In this document: one piece after another, positions 1-7,871 of the stretch | How positions within the stretch are numbered: position 1 is the first letter of the stretch | Layout: every line of letters begins with the position of its first letter | From: a virus | Lineage: Duplodnaviria > Heunggongvirae > Uroviricota > Caudoviricetes | DNA length: 27,428 bases | Virus record (IMG/VR): IMGVR_UViG_2802429253_000015 | Strand: one strand, 5' to 3' | The notes under the pieces: generated by a model | Databases searched by the model: none | What the model saw: only the letters and a program-made list of their open reading frames with translations | Told to the model about the DNA's origin: nothing | Position numbers and translations under genes: made by a program

Positions 1-677
<677 letters not shown>

Positions 678-838
678 ATAAGTCTTTACGTGAAGTTTTC
701 GACGTTACGCGCATGATTCTGTCAGCGAAAGAAGAGTTGGCTAATGAACCGCACCCGATTGATGGTCTGTCCGGTGAATATGCGGAGAAATCCCTTGAAG
801 AATGGGCGGAACAGATTCGCAAAGGAGACAACCAGTGA
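678..838 (+). pseudogene. 3' remnant of a prophage gene interrupted by the IS3-family insertion
   Basis: The open frame continues across the predicted IS end into a 53-codon tail (INKSLREVFDVTRMILSAKEELANEPHPIDGL...KGDNQ) with no plausible start or ribosome-binding site of its own at the IS junction. Its stop overlaps the GTG start of the next gene (GTGA), as expected for the end of a once-intact coupled gene. Confidence 0.35.
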
Positions 839-1089
839 GTGAGTCAAAATGCCAAATTAATGGCAACAAGATAGAACAGTGTACGGCTCTGGCAAAATCC
901 CTTGAGCATGATGCTGAATACACGACGCGAAAAGGTCTGCTGATATACAAAATCTGGAATGAGAGTTTAACTCGCGGCCCTGATTTGGTGATGTTGCGTT
1001 CCGGTGAATTTTCTAAATCACCAGTGCGGGTTTCATTTTGTCCGTTCTGTGGTGAAAGTCTGAAAACGTGGGAGAACAGAAATGAATGA
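835..1089 (+). CDS. Hypothetical small protein (84 aa), GTG start
   Basis: Strong Shine-Dalgarno AAAGGAG at 821-827, 7 nt before GTG 835. Contains a CxxC pair (CPFCGE) near the C-terminus. Its stop overlaps the start of the next ORF (ATGAATGA). Confidence 0.5.
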   Translation: MSESKCQINGNKIEQCTALAKSLEHDAEYTTRKGLLIYKIWNESLTRGPDLVMLRSGEFSKSPVRVSFCPFCGESLKTWENRNE

Positions 1090-1393
1090 AATTAAAGAAA
1101 TACCAGTAGTACGTGATGAATTTGGCTGCTGGACGCATCCTGAATATGAAAAATTCTGTGATGGTAGAGAACATATTTCAACGGAAGAGTTTAATGCCTG
1201 GATGGAGGAAAATAATCTTCAATGGACCATCAGAACTATGGATGAAGATGATTTTAATCTTGATGCAGATGGTCCTGATATTTCCACCTGGGAACCGGAA
1301 CGACCAGAGGGCGATGGATGGTTTATTGGTTCAATACATGACACCGAAGATGGCCCGGTTTGTGTCTGGTTGCGAAATAAGGCTGAAGCGTAA
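1082..1393 (+). CDS. Hypothetical acidic protein (103 aa)
   Basis: ATG 1082 overlaps the upstream stop (translational coupling); coherent acidic protein sequence; no family recognised. Confidence 0.5.
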   Translation: MNEIKEIPVVRDEFGCWTHPEYEKFCDGREHISTEEFNAWMEENNLQWTIRTMDEDDFNLDADGPDISTWEPERPEGDGWFIGSIHDTEDGPVCVWLRNKAEA

Positions 1394-1520
1394 AGGCGAT
1401 AAATCACCTGGCAACAAAACACTGAAAATTTAAATCAGAAGTGATTTTTATTAAATCCTTAACCGGAGGGATTCCTGCACCCTCAAATCATCAGGAGGCC
1501 GCCCGAAAGGGCGGTAAGAA

Positions 1521-1739
1521 ATGACTACATTATTTAGAAAAGAATATCCTCGAAGAAGTAGGGCTATAGAACTCTTGTTTCTCATTCTATTTATCGTGTT
1601 GCTGATACCGATATCCCCGTTAATCCTGGTCTGGGTAATTGGAAAAATAATTGAACCAGTTATTGAGTTATATACCGATGTGACATGGGAATCATTCAGG
1701 GCGCTACACAATAAATTTAATCCGTATAAGGAAAACTGA
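1521..1739 (+). CDS. Small membrane protein (72 aa), hypothetical
   Basis: Central hydrophobic stretch (LLFLILFIVLLIPISPLILVWVIG). AGGAGG at 1493-1498 is separated from the ATG by a GNRA-loop hairpin (CCGCCC-GAAA-GGGCGG, 1499-1514). Confidence 0.45.
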   Translation: MTTLFRKEYPRRSRAIELLFLILFIVLLIPISPLILVWVIGKIIEPVIELYTDVTWESFRALHNKFNPYKEN

Positions 1740-1740
1740 T

Positions 1741-2274
1741 ATGACCACCATTACCAAAGAACGCGCGGAGATTAAATCATTCATCACAGGCTTCCTGAGC
1801 GACCCGGCGCACGATAACCAATCCTCAGACAGCCTGCTTGCCAATGTGTTTCGTATCGCACTGGCTTCGCTGGAAGCAGAGCCAGTGGCGTGGAAGGCAA
1901 CCTTCACGCAAATTGACAATAAATATAATACGTTCACCACTATGTATTCTGACAAAGCAGAAGTCGAACGCTGGGTGCGACTGCATGAAATAGGTGACTT
2001 TCGGGCAGAAATAACACCGCTTTACGCAGCGCCGTCAGCGCCGGTAATTCCGGATGGTTGGATAAGCTGTAGTGAGCGGATGCCTGAAAAGAACCAGAAC
2101 GTGCTTATTTCGGTGAATTTCGATAGCTCTCTGGTTGAACCGCTAATATGCTCCGCACGCTATACAGGAAGCACATTCCGGCGAGGAGAAGCAACGATTA
2201 AGCCGGGTAATGGTATTGAGCAAGCAACTCACTGGATGCCGCTACCAGAACCGCCGCAGGAGGTGAATCAATGA
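1741..2274 (+). CDS. DUF551-like phage protein (177 aa)
   Basis: C-terminal ...ATHWMPLPEPP motif, which I recall as characteristic of the DUF551 family common in lambdoid nin regions; ATG 2 nt after the upstream stop. Confidence 0.65.
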   Translation: MTTITKERAEIKSFITGFLSDPAHDNQSSDSLLANVFRIALASLEAEPVAWKATFTQIDNKYNTFTTMYSDKAEVERWVRLHEIGDFRAEITPLYAAPSAPVIPDGWISCSERMPEKNQNVLISVNFDSSLVEPLICSARYTGSTFRRGEATIKPGNGIEQATHWMPLPEPPQEVNQ

Positions 2275-2354
2275 GCTGGCCTGAAGCGTTCACAACGGTA
2301 GGGATTGCAATGGCGGTGGCGCTGGTGGTGTATTCTATTTGCCGCTGGGGGTAA
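2271..2354 (+). CDS. Possible 27-aa small membrane peptide (MSWPEAFTTVGIAMAVALVVYSICRWG)
   Basis: ATGA overlap with the stop of the DUF551 gene; single hydrophobic helix. Too short for the ORF track. Confidence 0.3.
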   Translation: MSWPEAFTTVGIAMAVALVVYSICRWG

Positions 2355-2515
2355 GGTATTAAAAAACGCCCCGCACACAGACGTTGAGCGCCTGAGATGT
2401 GGGGATAGGGAGTTAGTTTAATAGTTATACAACAATACCTGATTTTATATTGAAGCAAGAAATAGGTTGCTACATATTGAATCATGCGCGTGTACGTCAA
2501 ATATGGGAGGTCATC

Positions 2516-2605
2516 GTGCTGGTTCTGAAATGTGCGCTGGCTATTGCGGCAGTAATGGCAATTTATTGTCTTGTTATCGTTCTTATGAATCACCTCTCTG
2601 ATTGA
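2516..2605 (+). CDS. Possible 29-aa hydrophobic peptide (VLVLKCALAIAAVMAIYCLVIVLMNHLSD), GTG start
   Basis: Shine-Dalgarno GGGAGG (2505-2510) 5 nt before GTG 2516; sequence is almost entirely one transmembrane helix. Too short for the ORF track. Confidence 0.3.
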   Translation: MLVLKCALAIAAVMAIYCLVIVLMNHLSD

Positions 2606-2815
2606 TTTTATATTGGCGAGGTGACGTGAGTTAAGTAGAATTGCTGCGGGTGCTTGAGGCTATCTGCCTCGGGCATGAACACCAACGGCAGATAGAGAAA
2701 AGCCCCAGTTAACATTACGCGTCCTGCAAGACGCTTAATATTAATCTGAGGCCATATCTATGCGACACATAGAGATTAGCCTCTTACGGACCGAAAGGTC
2801 AAGGAGAAGCAGGCT

Positions 2816-2971
2816 ATGAAGCAGCAAAAGGTGATGTTAATCGCCCTGATCGTCATCTGTTTAACCGTCATAGTGACGGCACTGGTAACGAGGAAAGACC
2901 TCTGCGAGGTACGAATCCGAACCGGCCAGACGGAGGTCGCTGTCTTCACAGCTTACGAACCTGAGGAGTAA
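2816..2971 (+). CDS. hokD: Hok/Gef-family type I toxin (51 aa), HokD/RelF-like
   Basis: Translation MKQQKVMLIALIVICLTVIVTALVTRKDLCEVRIRTGQTEVAVFTAYEPEE matches the Hok family essentially residue for residue as I recall HokD. AAGGAGAAG lies just upstream of the ATG. A 19-codon leader ORF (2760-2819) ends in ATGA overlapping the hok start. Confidence 0.85.
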   Translation: MKQQKVMLIALIVICLTVIVTALVTRKDLCEVRIRTGQTEVAVFTAYEPEE

Positions 2972-3150
2972 GAGACCAGGCGGGGGAGAAATCCCTCGCC
3001 ACCTCTGATGAGTCAGGCATCCTCAACGCACCCACACTTAACCTTACTAGCAAGTGGCTTTAATATTATTGTAACATTTTCATGCTCGCATGTGTTTTCT
3101 GTTGTTATGAATTAGGTACAGGGTTCTTATGCTTCTTTATCGCGATGAGC

Positions 3151-3173
3151 TTGCAACTGATTGTTAGTTGCTA
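3151..3173. promoter_or_regulatory. Palindrome TTGCAACT-gattgtt-AGTTGCTA upstream of hicA; candidate operator for HicB autoregulation
   Basis: Near-perfect inverted repeat (core GCAACT / AGTTGC at 3153-3171) about 30 bp upstream of the hicA start. Type II antitoxins with RHH domains usually bind palindromes in their own promoter. Confidence 0.4.
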
Positions 3174-3199
3174 TTGGTGGGGGAAGGGATATACTTTAA

Positions 3200-3448
3200 A
3201 TGAGCAAAAAAGAGAAGTTGAGGTGGCGTCTGAATCAGCTTCCAAAGGATTTTACATGGGATGAACTCGTGACGTTGCTTGGGCATTATGGTTTCGAAAT
3301 GCTTACCGGTTCAGGCTCAAGAAGGAAGTTTACCAATGCTAATGGAAGGCTTGTGGCTTTTCATTGCCCACATCCTGGCAATATTGTTAAAGGATATGTG
3401 CTTAAAGAAGTGAAAAATCTTTTGGATGAGATTGATAGTTATGAGTAA
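3200..3448 (+). CDS. hicA: HicA-family toxin (mRNA interferase), 82 aa
   Basis: Motifs ...LTGSGSRRKF... and ...VAFHCPHPGNIVKGYVLKEV... fit the HicA/YcfA pattern (G-S-H...HxP...G...K). The toxin gene precedes the antitoxin, as is characteristic of hicAB loci. Confidence 0.7.
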   Translation: MSKKEKLRWRLNQLPKDFTWDELVTLLGHYGFEMLTGSGSRRKFTNANGRLVAFHCPHPGNIVKGYVLKEVKNLLDEIDSYE

Positions 3449-3917
3449 TGTGCTGAGTTATAAAGGTTATTTTGGCAGCATTGAGGTTTCACTTGAAGAT
3501 AACATACTTCATGGGAAAATTCAGTGCGTAAACGATGTTGTAACCTACGAAGCGGAAACACTGGATGGGTTAAGGGCGGCGTTTGAAGAAGCTGTTACAG
3601 ATTATCTCGACACATGCAAGCAGTTAGGGAAATCTCCTGATAAACCAATGAGTGGTACTTTTAACATCAGAATTGGTCGCGATCTTCATAAGAAAGCGTT
3701 TTTGGCTGCAATGGCGGATAAGACGACGCTTAATGATTATGTGCGTAAAGCTATCGAAGAAAAGATTGCTGACAAAAAAGAAGTTCATTCTCATTCGGAA
3801 AGCGAAGAAACGACAGATACATTCGTTTGGGAAAAAGCATTCTCTTTTGGTTATGTCATTTCCCCTTCAGCAAGAACAAAAAAGAAAGAGGCTGGTGAGC
3901 GATGGATGCGTCACTGA
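3441..3917 (+). CDS. hicB: HicB-family antitoxin with C-terminal ribbon-helix-helix-like segment, 158 aa
   Basis: N-terminal SYKGYFGSIEVSLEDNILHGKI... is the typical HicB-like fold signature, followed by ...SGTFNIRIGRDLHKKAFLAAMADKTTLNDYVRKAIEEK (RHH-like). ATG 3441 overlaps the hicA stop (ATGAGTAA). An alternative start at 3426 is possible. Confidence 0.7.
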   Translation: MSNVLSYKGYFGSIEVSLEDNILHGKIQCVNDVVTYEAETLDGLRAAFEEAVTDYLDTCKQLGKSPDKPMSGTFNIRIGRDLHKKAFLAAMADKTTLNDYVRKAIEEKIADKKEVHSHSESEETTDTFVWEKAFSFGYVISPSARTKKKEAGERWMRH

Positions 3918-4330
3918 TGTTACAAAATATTAAGTATGCTGGTTTCGATATTGTTTCCAGTAGTTTCAAGGATAACACTAGTGATGATGGAGGGTTTTTT
4001 AAGGTCTCGATCGAGGAAGTTAAATTTTCTTCGGGGCGCGATGATGATGGTACCTGTTGGTTCCGGATTGGATTTTCGCCATCGATAAAAGGGTATCCCG
4101 ATAGAGATGGTGCCGGGGATGAAGAACCCTCTTTTGAGCTAAAGATGGAGCTGATTACGGACTTTGATATCATGAATGGAGAGTTGATCGATGAAAAATT
4201 CTTTGTGAAAAATTCATGGTATTTTGAGAATTTCATGTCGTTGACGTTAAAATTGGCGGTGGACTCTGTTCTTAAGCACACGTCGTTAAGCGATATTTAT
4301 TTCCCCTGGTATTCGCCGGACTCAGCTTAA
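3917..4330 (+). CDS. Hypothetical strongly acidic protein (138 aa), third gene of the hicAB operon
   Basis: ATG overlaps the hicB stop in a TGATG arrangement (translational coupling); no recognisable family; followed directly by an intrinsic terminator. An alternative start at 3902 gives 142 aa. Confidence 0.55.
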   Translation: MLQNIKYAGFDIVSSSFKDNTSDDGGFFKVSIEEVKFSSGRDDDGTCWFRIGFSPSIKGYPDRDGAGDEEPSFELKMELITDFDIMNGELIDEKFFVKNSWYFENFMSLTLKLAVDSVLKHTSLSDIYFPWYSPDSA

Positions 4331-4335
4331 TAATC

Positions 4336-4365
4336 AAGCCCGCCGATGCGGGCTTTGTGTTATTC
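4336..4365 (+). terminator. Rho-independent terminator ending the hicA-hicB-orf138 operon
   Basis: Hairpin AAGCCCGC-cgat-GCGGGCTT followed by a T-rich tract (TTGTGTTATT). Confidence 0.6.
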
Positions 4366-4435
4366 CTGTGTTCTGGTTTACAATTCACATGCCAGCCTGA
4401 ACAACTGGCACCTGCTGCGCCAGCAGAGAAAACAG

Positions 4436-4708
4436 ATGGCGCACAAGACCAAATTACACAATTCTGATACCGATCGTGCCAGCAGGCACGATCGGCGTTC
4501 TCATGCATTCAAATATGACTGGTACCAGCATGACCCATGCACTGCAGAACAGGCCGAATGGCTGATTCATAACTACCGCAGACGTGGATACGAGATTAAG
4601 AAAGCCCTCAGCCTCGATTATCGTCACTGGATAATCTACGTCAGGCTGCCGTACTCCGAGCGCCCACCGCGTCCGTCCCGCACATTCCAGCAACGCATCT
4701 GGAGGTAA
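4436..4708 (+). CDS. Hypothetical basic protein (90 aa) upstream of the ydfU-like gene
   Basis: ATG at 4436; its stop at 4706-4708 is 1 nt before the GTG of the next gene, whose GGAGG ribosome-binding site lies inside this ORF's 3' end. Weak ribosome-binding site of its own. Confidence 0.4.
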   Translation: MAHKTKLHNSDTDRASRHDRRSHAFKYDWYQHDPCTAEQAEWLIHNYRRRGYEIKKALSLDYRHWIIYVRLPYSERPPRPSRTFQQRIWR

Positions 4709-4709
4709 C

Positions 4710-5759
4710 GTGAGGGTATTAGTGACTCCTGAAATTGCTCACCGCCTGGGGATTGTACTTTTCAGGCCCGGTCCTGATGCGATGCCTTTGTTTATGCAGG
4801 GGCGTGTGCTGGTGGAGCCTGAACCGAAAAGCATGCGCGGGCTGCCGTCCGGAGTTGTTCCTGCCGTTCGCCAGCCGCTGGCGGAGGATAAATCATTACT
4901 GCCATTTTTCAGCGATGAGCGGGTGATTCGTGCTGCCGGCGGCGCTGGTGCACTGTCTGACTGGCTCCTGCGTCATGTTAAATCCTGCCAGTGGCCTCAT
5001 GGTGACTACCATCACAGCGAAACCGTCATACATCGTTACGGTACCGGCGCGATGGTGTTGTGCTGGCACTGCGACAACCAACTGCGTGACCAGACCTCAG
5101 AATCACTTGAGCAACTTGCTCAACAAAACCTGACAGCATGGATGATTGACGTCATCCGTCACGCAATAAGCGGTGCGCAGGAGCGGGAATTATCGCTGGC
5201 TGAATTATCTTGGTGGGCGGTCTGCAATCAGGTGGCGGACGCACTACCGGAGGCAGTATTACGTCGCTCTCTGGGGGTACGAGAGGAAAAAATCCGCTCT
5301 GTGTACCGCGAAAGCGACATCGTACCGGGAGAACAGACAGCCACCAGCATACTGAAGCAGCGCACAAAAAATCTTGCGCCGTTGCCTCACGTCCACCAGC
5401 AACAAATCCCGCCACAGGAAAAGACGGTGGTCAGCATTGCCGTTGATCCAGAGTCTCCGGAATCTTTCATGAAGCTGCCTAAACGTCGCCGCTGGGTTAA
5501 GGAGAAATACACACGTTGGGTTAAGACACAGCCGTGTGCTTGCTGCGGTATGCCAGCCGACGATCCGCATCATCTGATTGGTCACGGTCAGGGTGGAATG
5601 GGTACAAAAGCGCATGACCTCTTTGTGTTGCCTTTGTGCAGAAAGCATCACGACGAGCTGCATGCGGATACCGTGGCATTTGAAAAGAAGTATGGCTCCC
5701 AGCTGGAGCTGATATTTCGTTTTATCGATCGTGCGCTGGCAATTGGCGTATTGGCGTAA
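4710..5759 (+). CDS. ydfU: YdfU-like DUF968 prophage protein (349 aa), GTG start
   Basis: GGAGG 4 nt upstream of GTG 4710. C-terminal cysteine/histidine cluster ...CACCGMPADDPHHLIGHGQGGMGTKAHDLFVLPLCRKHHDELH... typical of the YdfU/DUF968 family found just upstream of Q in Qin-like prophages. Confidence 0.75.
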   Translation: MRVLVTPEIAHRLGIVLFRPGPDAMPLFMQGRVLVEPEPKSMRGLPSGVVPAVRQPLAEDKSLLPFFSDERVIRAAGGAGALSDWLLRHVKSCQWPHGDYHHSETVIHRYGTGAMVLCWHCDNQLRDQTSESLEQLAQQNLTAWMIDVIRHAISGAQERELSLAELSWWAVCNQVADALPEAVLRRSLGVREEKIRSVYRESDIVPGEQTATSILKQRTKNLAPLPHVHQQQIPPQEKTVVSIAVDPESPESFMKLPKRRRWVKEKYTRWVKTQPCACCGMPADDPHHLIGHGQGGMGTKAHDLFVLPLCRKHHDELHADTVAFEKKYGSQLELIFRFIDRALAIGVLA

Positions 5760-5772
5760 GTGGAGAACGAGC

Positions 5773-6525
5773 ATGAACCTTGAAGCCTTACCAAAATATT
5801 ACTCCCCAAAATCGCCAAAATTGAGCGATGACGCACCGGCGACAGGCTCAGGTGGTTTAACGATTACGGATGTGATGGCTGCGCAGGGGATGGTGCAGTC
5901 GAAAGCACCGCTTGGGTTTGCCTTATTCCTGGCAAAAGTTGGTGTTCAGGATCCTCAGTTTGCTATTGAAGGCCTGCTCAATTACGCGATGGCACTGGGT
6001 AACCCGACATTGAACAAATTGAGTGAAGAAACACGGCTGCAGATTATTCCTTATCTCGTGAATTTTGCCTTTGCTGATTATTCTAGGTCTGCGGCAAGTA
6101 AGGCTCGCTGTGAACATTGTGCAGGTACGGGATTTCATAATGTATTGCGCGAAGTGGTGAAACACTACAGAAGTGGGGAATCTGTTATCAAGGAAGAATG
6201 GGGGAAGGAACTATGTCAGCATTGCCATGGTAAGGGCGAAGTCAGCACAGCGTGCAGAGGGTGTAAGGGTAAAGGTATTGTCCTGGATGAAAAAAGAACC
6301 CGGCTTCATGGCGTACCGGTTTATAAGTTTTGTGGGCGTTGTAATGGAAACAGGTTTAGTCGTTTACCGACCACACTGGCACGACGTCATGTCCAGAAGT
6401 TGGTACCGGACCTGACAGATTATCAGTGGTACAAGGGGTATGCGGACGTCATTGATAAACTGGTAACAAAGTGCTGGCAGGAAGAAGCGTATGCAGAAGC
6501 ACAACAGAGAAAAGTGACAAGATAA
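5773..6525 (+). CDS. Q: Late-gene antiterminator Q (phage 82/Qin QuuQ type), 250 aa
   Basis: N-terminus MNLEALPKYYSPKSPKLSDD... and zinc-binding cluster CEHCAGTGFH...CQHCHGKGEVSTACRGCKGKG... match the 82-type Q antiterminator. Sits immediately upstream of the moron and lysis region. Confidence 0.85.
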   Translation: MNLEALPKYYSPKSPKLSDDAPATGSGGLTITDVMAAQGMVQSKAPLGFALFLAKVGVQDPQFAIEGLLNYAMALGNPTLNKLSEETRLQIIPYLVNFAFADYSRSAASKARCEHCAGTGFHNVLREVVKHYRSGESVIKEEWGKELCQHCHGKGEVSTACRGCKGKGIVLDEKRTRLHGVPVYKFCGRCNGNRFSRLPTTLARRHVQKLVPDLTDYQWYKGYADVIDKLVTKCWQEEAYAEAQQRKVTR

Positions 6526-7286
6526 AAGATTTTCACCGAACGATGGCGACATAACGATTGTATTTTCTAAGGAAACGTGCAAAGAGTTTTCCAATGATGA
6601 GCCTTATATGCATACCGGTGGAAAATATCAATAAGCCGCGCAGAGTGGTTTTTTTGTGGACATAAACTTTGTGCAGAACGGTAACCATTCTGGTTGCCGT
6701 GAATGCAGTTTTTTTACATTGCTGGCTTTTTTAGATTTGTGTTAGTCATTGATATTAACAAGAAGGGGAAAAGACATGCTAAAACGGCAGGATATGAAGG
6801 AAACGGTTATGCGTGAATGTTCCAGTGTGATTAACCATATCATCTTGGGAAGCCATCCTGATGCAGGGAAGAGGTAACAGTAACGTGCATCAATCAGGCT
6901 GCAAATAAATGGCTTACGCCGGAAATCTGGCTATCGATGTATTACCGGTTTGTTACCCATGAAGAAAATTAAGGTGATAACGAAACTGATTTTATAGGTG
7001 TCTTGTCAGAGTGTTGCGACGAAACTGGTGTTGGCAGTGTAGGGAAAATAGTAGGATGAAAATTATAAATTGCTTTAAATGAGATTGATTTCCCTCATGT
7101 TATGAGATATTTGTCTTATATTGCTGGTTAATTATGAGAATTTTTGTAAATCTACAGCAATAAAATCCATATTAATTAAAGCACTAGATGCGTTTCTGAT
7201 TTGTGCATGAAACATACATACCATAATGATTAATTGCATCTATAATTACAGATACAGCATTGTGCTGTTAAAAAACTGGAGTCCCC

Positions 7287-7394
7287 ATGAATACATTATA
7301 TGTAAGTGATTCAAATGAAAAAACTCATGACAGGAATAAAAACAATGAGGATAGTAAGGGTAAGGATAATAAAAAAGACAACCGGAAAGAGTAA
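7287..7394 (+). CDS. Possible 35-aa hydrophilic peptide (MNTLYVSDSNEKTHDRNKNNEDSKGKDNKKDNRKE)
   Basis: GGAG 5 nt upstream of the ATG; too short for the ORF track; low-complexity charged sequence. Confidence 0.25.
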   Translation: MNTLYVSDSNEKTHDRNKNNEDSKGKDNKKDNRKE

Positions 7395-7429
7395 ATAATC
7401 TTTCCTGCATAAAAATACTAGGGTGGAAT

Positions 7430-7549
7430 ATGTCAGAACATCCAGATTTTGATGACCGTAAGCCTGATGATGAGCCCGTTGAGCGTCCTGATGAGGGGCA
7501 ACCATTGAACCCTTTTTCACCGGATGATAAAAGAGAACCTATTATTTAG
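7430..7549 (+). CDS. Possible 39-aa acidic proline-rich peptide (MSEHPDFDDRKPDDEPVERPDEGQPLNPFSPDDKREPII)
   Basis: ATG 7430 with an upstream GGGTGG; a strong intrinsic terminator follows about 50 bp after its stop. Confidence 0.3.
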   Translation: MSEHPDFDDRKPDDEPVERPDEGQPLNPFSPDDKREPII

Positions 7550-7602
7550 ATATAGCAGAATATAGCCGTTTAAAGTAGGTTGTGTTTTGTTGCTATCCTT
7601 AA

Positions 7603-7628
7603 GCCACCTCCACAGGAGGTGGTTTTTT
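7603..7628 (+). terminator. Rho-independent terminator
   Basis: Perfect hairpin CCACCTCC-aca-GGAGGTGG followed by TTTTTT. Confidence 0.8.
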
Positions 7629-7685
7629 ACTAATGGAACATTAATTGGTAGATGTGATTGTGTACGACTTATGGGAGGCTTAAGA

Positions 7686-7871
7686 TTATTTTCTGCCAAT
7701 AATAAAACCAAGCGTTAACCCTATGCTTAGAGCGACCACCACGCTAGTCAGTGGATAATTTCTAAATTTATCTTTAACGTTTTCTTTGCCTGCCTGCAAA
7801 GCATCGTCAGCACATGATACATATTTTTTGACAGTATTAACTATTTCGTTTTCAGATTGATTTGAAGTCAT
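7686..7871 (-). CDS. DUF883 (ElaB/YqjD/YgaM)-like C-terminally membrane-anchored small protein, 61 aa
   Basis: AGGA 8 nt upstream of ATG 7871. C-terminus ...PLTSVVVALSIGLTLGFIIGRK resembles the ElaB/YqjD membrane anchor. Shorter than typical family members, so the assignment is tentative. Confidence 0.45.
   Translation of the reverse strand: MTSNQSENEIVNTVKKYVSCADDALQAGKENVKDKFRNYPLTSVVVALSIGLTLGFIIGRK

Noticed and set aside
2198-2593. 131-aa minus-strand ORF overlapping the 3' end of the DUF551 gene and the small-ORF region
   Set aside because: No ribosome-binding site; antisense to better-supported plus-strand genes; the protein sequence is low-quality and Tyr/Cys/His-rich, typical of a chance ORF.
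3190-3195. TATACT hexamer as the -10 element of the hicA promoter
   Set aside because: It lies only 4 nt from the hicA ATG, so transcription from it would start at or inside the start codon. I could not place a consistent -35/-10 pair and therefore do not call a promoter, only the palindromic operator candidate.
3082-3264. 60-aa plus-strand ORF overlapping the hicA promoter and start
   Set aside because: Overlaps the palindromic operator and the hicA start in another frame; no ribosome-binding site; likely spurious.
4346-4708. Longer 120-aa version of the ORF starting at ATG 4346
   Set aside because: That ATG lies inside the terminator hairpin of the upstream operon; the internal ATG at 4436 is preferred, though still at low confidence.
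7311-7520. 69-aa minus-strand ORF in the AT-rich region
   Set aside because: Hydrophobic low-complexity translation from AT-rich DNA; antisense to two plus-strand small ORFs that have ribosome-binding sites and a downstream terminator.
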